From Macrostomum lignano (lineage: Eukaryota): DNA of 64,000 nt. Below the pieces are notes generated by a model, which was not told the origin of the DNA, made no database searches, and saw only the letters and a program-made list of their open reading frames with translations. The stretch spans positions 248,001-312,000 of the forward strand of contig NIVC01001486.1 in the NCBI GenBank assembly GCA_002269645.1, read 5' to 3'. Positions within the stretch are counted from its first letter, which is position 1. Every line of letters starts with the position of its first letter. A program made the position numbers and the translations under genes. Positions 46,487-56,929 of the stretch are shown piece by piece.

Positions 46487-49400
46487 GTGCATTACGAGTA
46501 TACTTTGGATATTTTACTGTTAATGGAATTAGTCGGGTTTATAGCATAGTATGAAACCCATTGGCAGTGGATAGCAGACCAGCAACCAATCACATCGGCC
46601 GCGTTCTTTCGCTAGTTTTTTTCCTGGACGAATCCGATGCTAATCGCGCCTAGCAGTTGGCTCAATACTGTAACAGTTATGCGTCTGTTGTGCTCACATT
46701 CTCGTGGCATATTGTCGGTTTCTCAGTAAAGCTGAGGTTGCTCATTTTTATTTACCTAAGATGGAAAATTACTGAAGCTCACAGTCGACACTTCCTGATA
46801 AGACTTTCGATGAGTTATGGAAGTTGTGTTGTTTTTTCTGCAAAGTGATTTTTGAGTTTTTATCTTAAATCTTCTCACTAAAAACTTAAACTTTTTATTT
46901 TGAAATAGCTTGTGTCGACTCAACGCTTCTCTGAGATGACATTGGAATTAAGCCCACATGCAACGGACTTCAATGACTACACTTTTTTGGTTAAATAAGC
47001 GACATTCGTTTCTCATTTCTCTTATTCATTTCAGAGACTACTGTTTAAATCAGAATTCGCGATCACAACGGAAGACTAGCTGATTTAGATTATTGTAATT
47101 GAAAAGAACTCAAGCAGCCCAGTTTATATATTAAAGCTTATAACAATTTTCTGCATCGATAGTTGCATGTAGTACCGGATACGGCAGATATACGAGAGTA
47201 CGGCAGTAAAGTTTTGCAGAGCCACTGTAACTTCCATTAGTTACGATTAGCTTCGATTTGCCGCATTTTCTGCTTTGAGTCCTTCGGCCAGGTGAAACAA
47301 TACTTATCCGCTTCTGCAAAGAAGCAAGTACTGGCAGCAGAAGTTGCGGCAGACTTCATCCGGCACTGAATCTGCCTGAGCGGAGGCAAAGTCTGATTAC
47401 ACAGCGACTTTGCTTACCGAAGCGAAAGTTAAAAGCGCTTAAAATGTTTAAGAAGTCGGGATCTTTGTAGCAAGACCGGCAGACTCCATCAATCTGGATA
47501 TAAAACGTTTTAAATTTTAACAGAAAGAATGCACGACGCGCGTAGAGGCTACCCTAGCATTTTGGCTGTTAATGAAGTAATGGATCTGTGGAAGACTCAC
47601 CCACCATTAAAAGAGGCAGCTATCAACACAGCATTTGTACGACAATAATTCAAGTTAAAAATACCGTTTAGGGAAGAAGCTTCTTTCACTATTCACAGAA
47701 TAATTGTCTCTGTTGAATGAACCCAGGCTAAATTCACTTTTGAAAGTAAAACTTCTGTAGGCAAAAACTCAATTTGAAAATCTGATTCATGCCCTTTGAC
47801 ATCTCTGTCGGTAAAAACATTTTGCTCTCAATTGTACATGCACAAACGAGATTTCAATCTGATTCCAGTACGACAATCAATAGTTAAGACTCAATTGGTT
47901 ATGCGTGACGGTCGGTCTGTTTAACATTGACGCTAACAAATATTTGGTTATTCGCTGCGTGCTTGTGGCTACCCTGGTGCAACGCTGTCCGCAACAGCGT
48001 CCCACAACAAGTTTCTACGGCAACTCTGCCCGTTCCCCAGACTCCTGAGCGCATGCAAGCACGCCGATACTGTACTCAGGCACGCTCTCATACGCACGCT
48101 CACACAGGGTTTGTTGTTGTTAAACGGGTGGGAAGCGTGTGCTTTCCGCGGATCAGCCCAGAGAAAGGCTCTACCGCTGGATATTGTAGGGGCCATACTA
48201 CCAGGGGTATATAGCCCGAGAGGCCCAGATTGGGACTGGGACTCATGGCCTAGCTAAGAAACCTTATTGGATGCTACTAGCCCAAGCCTATGGGAACACC
48301 GCCAACCCAACACTGGAATCAGGAGACGGGTGCAAAGACTGATCCACCCAAGCCACCCCCAACGACAAGTCCCGAGTGTGCGCGAAAAAAGATTGGGATT
48401 GAAAATTTCGGAAAATTTCTCGAAAGCGGTCCAAGAGCGAGAAACCCGAGTCTACAGAAATGGCTTTAAGATTGGAGCCAATCTCTTATAGGGCTGCAAG
48501 CCTCAAGGCTTTTTCACTACTCAGCTCTAATAAGCCCAAGTCAAGGGGTTGGAGAGGAGCACCACAGAGCAAAGAGACACCGGACTCAGCCGGTATTCCC
48601 CGATTCAGGACGAGCATCTTCCCCAGTACACCAATCCACTGTCAGAGATGAGAGCCAGAGACACAATAAGCAGGGAGACAACCAGAGGAGCCAGCAGATG
48701 GACCAAGGGAGCAGATGGAATCACAGAGGCGAGATCTATAAACACAAAGATGCCACGAAGGCAGGAATAAAAGCAAAGGAGGAGGATCACCCAACCTCTG
48801 GGGCTCAGCCTCAGGGCTGGCATCAACTGGACTCTACTGTACACTTTTGTGAATGGTCGTCTTTCCTGCAGGGCGGGTACGACCGGGGGGCTCAAGTCCC
48901 GATCTATCCACACTGCAGTCCAGAGTCACAATCACTCCAGGTACACCCCACTAAATCAAGGCAGGGTCAAAAAAGAAAGGGTTATTTTTAGAATGTACAT
49001 CACCTCCGGTGAGGACACTTGAGCTACCCGAGTGGATAGGCCAATTGGATTGCGCACAACCCGAGAAATGCCGCCAGAGGGCAGCCGGGGTAAAAACAGT
49101 CAGAGACCGACTTTACGGCTGGGTAAAACACAGGGTTTACGGCGACCCTGACTTTGTAATCGTCAGGCATATTCACTCTCTGTGCGTGTGGGTTGGTGTG
49201 AATTTTCGTTCACAAGCCCCAAAATGAATGTGGCCTGGTGTCAATCAAACAACGAGTATGATAATTTGGGCAATTTTGGCTTTGAATTAATAAGAGCGCG
49301 ATAGGCAAGATCGAATGAAAAAAAAACTGATAGCTACCAAAAAGAAAAGAAGGCGGACATTGCATGGTTTCAAAGCTGCCATTATTAATAAAAGACGAAG

Positions 49401-50635
49401 CTGGCAAAAACTGTATTCATCATCTTCGCATCAGCTGCATGGCTCACTGATGGTTTCACGTTTATTAATTTTGAGCTGGAATGCAATTCTGCAAACTTGA
49501 TCAAACTTAGTAGTGTTTTAGGATTGATAAAAATTGCTGCTGTGAAGATGATAAGCCGCTCCTCAATTATTAGGGACGCGTGTTCAGTCCCGTCAGTCAA
49601 CTGTCCCGAGATGTCGCTCGATTGATTAGGGCCCACCGAACCCCAGAGGTTGTTCAGGTTGAACTGAATATTCGGGCTGAAATGTACTAAACTAAAGGCA
49701 TTAAAATATTCATAAACACTTAGTAGATCCTGAGCAGCTACTATTCACTTTGTACTTTTTGCTCGCAATAGGTTTGCAGGTTTGCAGTTTGCATTCAAAT
49801 TCTTTATTTTACGTAGCGGAAAGGAAAGCGGAAAAGGAGGTGTATGAGTCCTGGGTCGGCTGACTCCGGTCCGCAGGACTTATGCAGCTCGCAAAGCCAC
49901 TCTATCTGGCCCTCGGGTCTTTCGAAACTTCACAACAGCAAACCGGCCCGCCCAAGGTTTGAGTCTCTTCTCAGCTCTCTTCTCTCTAATCTCTTGTCCC
50001 TTCTCTTTTCTCTACTCCTCCTTCTCTTCTCTCCTCTCTTCTGCCTGTTTTTCTAAATATTGTCCACAACAAGGAAAGCCGAATCCGAGTACGGAGATGC
50101 CAAAAAATGGAGTTTAAGTCTAGAAATCTTCGAAAAAAGTAAAATCGTGATCGCAGACATCATAACAGTGTGATTAGAACTATTCCAAATATTTTAATCG
50201 GTCAAAAAAATAAACAACGCATAGTGAGTATAGTGATGTATATTGCTCAGATACTGCTCAAATATAGCTCGTACAGTTTGCAAACTGCAAATTACTTTTG
50301 CAAACAGGGTTCATCGGCGCTGTGTCTCTCATAGGCAGTGCTAGTGCTGAGATACCACTGGCTCGTCTAGTTTGTTTTAACCTACAGTATTCAGCAATTA
50401 GAACAGGCAAAAATGATTTTTTCGTGTTATATACAGGGCGGAAGTGTCGAATGGAGTCAAAATATGCAGGTAGACAGCCAGGTCTGCGCTTCGGCAGTTT
50501 TCGTGAACTACCGTAAAGACATTTTCGTTGTTTGATTTTAACAGAGTACTGTGTCTTGGCTCTGGCTAAATGGATTGCTAATGTAGTGGCAATCTTCCAT
50601 TAACTAAAAATAATGTACGTGTGAGTGCTGGGCGC

Positions 50636-50687
50636 TCAGCCACCCACGAACAGAATCCAGTCGGGTCCGGTCAGGCTGGCTGGCGGG
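50636..50687 (-). pseudogene. Remnant of the 3' end of a family exon 2
   Basis: Reads PPASLTGPDWILFVGG* on the minus strand and contains the family string ccagtcgggtccggtcaggctggctggcggg. Confidence 0.8.
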
Positions 50688-51501
50688 CATGGGAGAAACG
50701 GCTGGGAGAGAACGTTCGTGAATAGAAAATATGTCAAGAATACACTTTAAGCGTATGTCTACTCAATCAACTGCTTTTTGAATAGATTTCATCAGTTAAG
50801 ACACATCGCAACTTCGCAACACAGAATACGTGATTTCGTGAAGTCTATTCGGCCATTCTTAAGAGACTTAAAAACTCCAACTGCAGTCAAAGAGGCGCTT
50901 GCAAACCTGAAAATGATCTGGCGGCAGCAAGCTAATGCTATTGAACTCATTTTTCTGTCCTATATTTAGGTAGCAAGAAAGAAATCGGTAATTCCCTTCT
51001 AAGACCTGTGTGTTTAAACAGGGAAGCAGCAGTGTTGACCAGCCTGAGAAACTGTTTGCTCTACCATTAGTCCCGGCGTTTAGTCAACAAATAAAATATG
51101 AAACTTCGTCTTAACACATCATTGACGCAGTCCTGACTGCATGGAAACTGAGATGTATGTGCCTTGTAAACTATCATTGAATCCCTGCTTTTTCGACCCT
51201 TTCTTCCAGACACGGTTTGCTACTGCTTTTGTGAGCCATGGTGCATGTATTCTCGAATCGGAGCTAGAATTGCTGCCAATAATTGCTGAAAAACACATCT
51301 TTCATTGCCCTTTCTCAGTGAAATAAAGAATAAATGACATTATTTCTAGATGCCAAAAAAATTTTCTCTTGATAACTTCCCACACTTTTTATTGATTGAC
51401 AAGCGGAATTGATCGGAACAGACTGCAAAGTTTAGAACCGCCACAAAACTTCAAAGTTTCAGACTGATCGTGCCAGAATGTTTCGTCAAGTGCTTTGTAA
51501 C

Positions 51502-52231
51502 TCAGCCACGCTGGTAGAGAGTCCAGTCGGGTCCGGTCAGGCTGGCTGGCGGGTAGGCGAACGCCAGCAGGTGGCAGGCGAGCAGCCGCTCGAAGAAAAC
51601 GGCGGCCTGGCAGTCGGCTGTGGCGCTGCACCGGGCCAGGCAGTCCATGACGGATGGGGCAGCGGCCGGCCAGGACGAGGTCTTGCTGGTCTCCACGGCG
51701 AGGGTAGAATCCTTCATCATCTTGTAGAAGTTTTGGTCTAAAACAGATTGTGGTTGAGATGTGTTTTAGAAAGGCCCCCTGTAGATAGCCTTGAAGGTCA
51801 ATCAATCGTCGCAAGAACAAAAGTTACTCACTCGGGTAGGTCAGAGCGAACACCGAGTTTCGCCATGGAGCTCCGCAGATCTGCGATGAGTTTCCTTTGC
51901 ACTGTGTGCTGCAGTCGCTTTCGTTGGCTTTGCCCTGAGATCCGAGGAAGCTGCCACAGAGGCACGATTTTCCACTCTGCACACCAAAGTAGGCGAAGCC
52001 ACCAAGTGAGCACACACTGCTGCAGAGCTCGTGCGACATTTCGGTCTTGTTTATCCACTTTCTGGAGGTGATTTCGTATTCGCCAATCCTTGTGACACCG
52101 TTTAGCCCGTTCAAGTCTCTGATTTCGCTAGTGTCCACGTAGCAGCCAACATATGAGAAGCGGACGACCCTGCATGCCGCGCAGGTCAGGAGGGCGCAGA
52201 TCAGAACTAGCAGTTTCGGCACCCAAAGCAT
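51502..52231 (-). CDS. WP10 (A-subfamily): secreted WSC + PAN/Apple-like protein, intact, 211 aa
   Basis: Exon 1 52231-51832. 94-bp intron. Exon 2 51737-51502. Confidence 0.9.
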
Positions 52232-53129
52232 GTTCTCAGTTTCTCAACTGCAAGCTACTTAGCTGGAGCTCGCGACTTCGAGCTTTTAAAGTTGAGAATC
52301 TGTCCGCTCGTCCAATGGCGTACCAGCTTTGATTAAACCAATCAGATGCAGTTCTTCAGCCAAGTCAAGATTTTTTTAATGTGCATAGGTGATCAGTTTC
52401 GGTAAATTGTTTTTCAATCGAGTTGAACGTAATCGTTCCCTTGTTCACCGCGAATGCAACGCTCATTATTCAGGAGAAACATGCAATGCTCTGCCGCCCA
52501 AGCTACAAAAAACAACCGATGTTGAGCATTGAGGGCCATTTCGAGTTTCTTTTTTATATTTTATACGCTCCTACGTACTGATACTTTCTAGACCCGGCAT
52601 ACCCTGCATACCCGGCACGGCACACTTGCTGTAACTCACATCAGCAAGGTCCGCAAAGTGACTGAGTTCTTCAATGAATGAGAAAGAATTATTTTATTTT
52701 TGATTTGCATCTTGATTTCTACTTATATTGCAAATACTCGTAGAACAATCATTGCTTCAAGATGCTTTTAGTTGCAATAAAAGCCTTCTTATAATTTCTG
52801 TGTTGAAGTATCTAAGAAATGAAATATAACATGTTACTTATGGCTGCACCCAAGGACTTCTAGGTAGTCATTGGCTGCACCTAACTTGGCAAAATTTTGT
52901 GAATTTTTTGATGACATGCTTCTAGGGATGGCGTAAGCATTCGTGAACGCCTGTGCCTTCCTGCTCGCAAAATAGCTACTCAAGCATTGAGTACTCATAA
53001 TTCCAGAAAATCCTAGTTCGGAATCAAAGACGTTTTGAAATCATTCATATATGTAGTTGTAAAAAACACGGGCTCTGGAGATGATAAGTGAAGCTCCAAA
53101 ATATTTCATATTCATATTTCATATTTCAT

Positions 53130-54150
53130 ATTTCCTATTCAACATTGATTTTAATTGCGGAACTCTCTCCACCAAAGTTTTTCGGAAAAGCACGTTGACC
53201 AATCTCATCCTGAACTTCAATGCTTTATGTCCAAGACAGTGGAAATCCGGCCTGATTAGATGTCTGCTCCACAGAGCTTTCAGTGTCTGCAACACCTGGA
53301 CTAACTTTGACCAAGAAGTGATTTTTCTGACCAAAATGTTTCAACAAAATGGCTATCCTCGTGCGTTTATCCACTCTCTCATTCACAAATTCGTCTCTGA
53401 GAAAATCGTCAATCAGCCTAGCGCTAAAGCCGATCCCATCGATCTCAACGAACCAACTCTTGTCCTCCATTTCTTTGGCTATCCTTCTCAACTTTTCAAA
53501 AATAAAATCTGCAAATTATTCCGCAACTCGCTTAATTGCAACATGGCCGTGTCATCTTTCGTTCTGCTAAGGTTGGCAACTTTGTCGGTCGGTTGAAGTC
53601 ACGTGTTCCCTGTGCTCTTCGTGCTGGTGTCGTTTATCAGTTCAACTGCTCTGATGACCAGAGCGTCTCCTACCTGGGGAAGACAAAAAGGCACCTGCAC
53701 ACTAGAATCAGGGAGCACTGGCTGAAACCGTCGGCTTTCCAAAACCATCTCTTAGAGTGTATTAGTTGCTACGACTGCAAACCCGAAGAGCGCTTCAAGG
53801 TCATTGATCAATGCTCATTTGACTCCAAACTCCAGATAATTGAAGCGCTGTACATTAAAGCGCATTCCCCCAACCTCAATACTCAACTCCAACACAGTGG
53901 CGCGGGACATGTTTTCCGTGTGTTCTGAGGGAGGGGACACTGGATGTACATTATATACTTCTAACTATTTCGACTATCATTCCGTCCCTAGACTTTGCCT
54001 CTCGACTTTTGGACCAACAAACATGTACTTCAAATATTGATTGATTTTACACCCAAAATTTTGTATTTATTTACTGCCGATCTCACTCGTTTCTTTCGCT
54101 CAAAAATAAACCTAAAGATGCACAGTATCGTGCGAAACGCGTCGTTCAAT
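53130..54150 (+). mobile_element. 5'-truncated Penelope-like retroelement (RT thumb plus GIY-YIG endonuclease), frameshifted
   Basis: VFRKSTLT..LNF...CP..WK.GLI.CLLHRA..VC....F..E...L...F.QNGYP..FI is the PLE RT C-terminus. After a frameshift near 53540-53580 comes GVVYQFNC..YLGKTKRHLHTRIREH..FKVID..LQIIEALYI..SPNLN, a GIY-YIG domain. Stop at 53926-53928. Confidence 0.9.
54112..54143 (+). ncRNA. Degenerate minimal type-I hammerhead ribozyme at the PLE 3' end
   Basis: CTAAAGA(T)-GCAC-agtatc-GTGC-GAAAC-GC-GTC. The core CUGANGA carries a G-to-A change. Stem II is GCAC/GTGC, and stem III is the palindromic ACGCGT seen in dimer-type minimal HHRs of Penelope-like elements. Confidence 0.55.
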
Positions 54151-54435
54151 TAAATTAATTTAATGTTGATTTTGCCTTCCTATTCATCGTACTTGCCAAG
54201 CGAGCAACTTTACCTGAATTTCATATTCGTACGAGTAAGCTACTCGCACACATGCCAAGATCATCTGAGAAGCACTTCGAAACAAATTATGTCGAATGGA
54301 AACCTGATTTTGTCACTCATTCAAAATATATTTGTTCTTAGCTTCTCTTCCAACATCTAGTAGATTATGTGTATTAGTTGCATTCCTGAGTGGCGTACAG
54401 TTCTGGATGTAGTTTCAGACACGGACACTTTTGAG

Positions 54436-54647
54436 ACAGTCCAGTCGGGTCCGGTCAGGCTGGCTGGCAGGTAGACGAACGCCAGCAGGTGGCAGGCGAG
54501 CAGCCGCTCGGAGAAAACGGCGGCCTGGCAGTCGGCTGTGGCGCTGCACCGGAGCAGGCAGTCAGCGTCAGACTGGGCAGCGGCCGGCCAGGAGGAGTTC
54601 AAGCACTAGTTGGACGAGACTGTTTTGCTTCATCGTTGTGTAGACGT
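54436..54647 (-). pseudogene. Orphan family exon 2 (PAN-like), frameshifted
   Basis: Acceptor ctttcag|AC at 54648/54647. Reads VYTTMKQNSLV, then a 1-nt frame offset before SSWPAAAQSDADCLLRCSATADCQAAVFSERLLACHLLAFVYLPASLTGPDWT. The normal stop is missing. There is no exon 1 between it and WP11. Confidence 0.85.
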
Positions 54648-55460
54648 CTGAAAGTCAGCGTCTATGTCAGTAAGAATACCTGACTCATTGCTTCATTCAA
54701 ACAGAATTCATTTGCTGTTTCTAAAAAAGTGCATTACTAAATCCATACAAGGCTGGTATACCTTAGTAAAATGTACTTAAAACCGTTAATAACATCGCTA
54801 AAGTTTTATTAGCGATGTCACCTAGGTGACTAGGTCGTAAATTCAAAAACTGGTGCCTTGTCCAGCCTTCTTGGAGGTGACAATAATTTTAAGGACATGC
54901 TTATATTTTCATAAATGGATCGTATCAGTCCAGGTAATTGGGTCTGGAAATCGTTCAAAACAAAAATAGAGCTATCAAACATGCGGCTGGATATTCCGAA
55001 TTTTTGTCAATTTTGTTCTGTGCAGAGTCATTGGGTGGCTGCACTCTGGAGTAAGTGAGTCTATTAAAGTGTCTGGGTCCAACTGTATTGTTCACGGAGC
55101 AGTGAATCTACTGTTGCATGGTAATAATTATGCCAAAAGCTAGTATGATTTTGTGAGTATCTTGCGGCGAGATTTTCTTAGAAATGGACTGGAGGCCGGT
55201 AACCGGAAAGGCACGTTTATTTGTCGTTTTGCTAAGTGCATTTTGTAAGCACTCGAGCAATCAGATTTCTATCGACCGAATTGGATAAAATATTTTTTTT
55301 CTTAAGATCGGCCATTGTTCGGTCTGGATCCCTGCATACCCGGCACACTTGCTGGAACTCACATCAGCAAGGTCCGCAAAGTGAGTGAGTTCTTCAATAA
55401 ATGAGAAAGAATTATTTTATGTTTTGATTTGCATCTCGATTTTTATTTATACTGCAATTA

Positions 55461-56055
55461 CACTCAGCAACAGTCAGAAGTTCCACCCTCCAAACGAGGT
55501 GAATTTTTCTCACTTATTGCGAGAGACGCAACTTACCGGCAAACGCGAAGCTTATTAAAACTTGGGGGTGGCTTGGGACTGCATAACGCATGGTACAAAA
55601 CAAAAGCCGCCACACCGAGCCGATGCTGTTAGTCAACTGAAAGAACAGCTGCAGCTGCGCACTCTGCGCTGGTCTTCCCGGTCCCCAGACATGAATCATG
55701 TCTGGGACTTCCTAAAACGCAGCTTTCGAAAAGAGAATCCACCACAGAATGTTGCCACTGAAAACGCTTGGCAGCAGCTTCCCCAGGACTTTCTGCGCCG
55801 CCTCATCCTGATCCTCATTCTCATCCGCAGTTCTGCGTGCGAAGGGATCCCACACGCGGTACTAAGCATCGCGATTCTAACTGCATATTGCATGCAAAAA
55901 AAACTGTTCTGATTTTGTGCGACTAAACGTTTATTACTGATTCAATAAACTTTACCTTCCTCGTGGCGGCTTAGTTGCGTAACTGGAGGGTGGAATTGTA
56001 AGTGAGAAGTTGTCGCAATAAGTGAGCAAATTTTCATCTCGCTTGGAGGGTGGAA
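55461..56055 (+). mobile_element. Internally deleted Tc1/mariner-family element
   Basis: Inverted repeats of ~42 bp at 55481-55522 and 56013-56055 (TTCCACCCTCCAA.CGAG.TGAA..TT..TCACTTATTGCGA). The left end is TA|CACTC. The internal remnant PHRA..LRWSSRSPDMNHVWDFLKR..PP..AWQQLPQDFLRRLI matches the Tc1 WPxxSPDLNPIEHVW motif. Confidence 0.75.
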
Positions 56056-56195
56056 ATTTTACAATCATGCTTCAAGATGCTTTTAGTTGCGTTAAAAGCG
56101 AGAGATTGTGTCGCCTCCACACAAAATGGGTTAAAATAGTCAACTAAACTGTTTAATAATATTCGCAAGACATCCCAGTCTGGTGCTGCGTTCTC

Positions 56196-56929
56196 TCAGC
56201 CACGCTGGTAGAGAGTCCAGTCGGGTCCGGTCAGGCTGGCCGGCGGGTAGGCGAACGCCAGCAGGTGGCACTCAAGCTGGAGCTGGGAGAAAACGGCGGC
56301 CTGGCAGTCGGCTGTGGCGCTGCACCACAGTAGACAGTCCGCGTCAGATTTGGCAGCAGCCGGCCAGGATGAGGTCTCGGACGAGATGACGGTGAGACTG
56401 TTCTGCTTCAGCACAGTGTAGAAGTTTTTGTCTGAAATCAGTTTTGTCAGTTTAGATGGCAGTTTTACTTTTCACCCATACCGATAAAACGGGTATTATT
56501 TCCACTGTGGCAAACAGAATCAATTCACTCACTGGGGTAGCTCAGCTCGAAGACGGAATTGCGGTTAGCCGCTCCGCACTTCTGCCCCGAATTTCCTGTG
56601 CAGAGATTGCTGCACTGGCTTTCTCCGGCTGCACCATGGACTCCGAAGGAGTTTCCGCAGAAGCACTGCTCACCAACCTGGATACCGAAGTACCGGAAGC
56701 CGCCTAGAGAGCAGACGCTACCGCACAGCTCGTGCGTCATTGTGGTCTTGTTGTACACGTAACCGCCAAATGTGATGCTGAGTTCACCGATGTTGCTGAC
56801 TCCGAGTAGTCCATTCAAGTCCCTTGAGCTTGAGCTGTCCACATAGCAGCCTCTGTAAAAGAAACTGATGGACTCAGAGCAGGTCATGAAGGCCAGAAGC
56901 CATATAAGCAGTTGCTCAAGTTGATTCAT
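56196..56929 (-). CDS. WP11: secreted WSC + PAN/Apple-like protein, intact, 210 aa (divergent exon 1)
   Basis: Exon 1 56929-56533 (MNQLEQLLIWLLAFMTCSES..), donor A|gtgagt. 101-bp intron. Exon 2 56431-56196. Confidence 0.9.

Noticed and set aside
47900-49250. GC-richer island as a DIRS or LTR retrotransposon RT (DLS.., FIDLAS.., tggtgtca PBS-like)
   Set aside because: Motif spacing does not fit and there is no YxDD. It is probably a decayed TE but cannot be assigned without a search.
1717-56707. Plus-strand ORFs overlapping family exons (e.g. ..HAGRESSRVRSGWLAG.., MPLVALVESPVGSG..)
   Set aside because: Antisense shadows of GC-rich, conserved exons; their similarity to each other simply reflects the paralogy.
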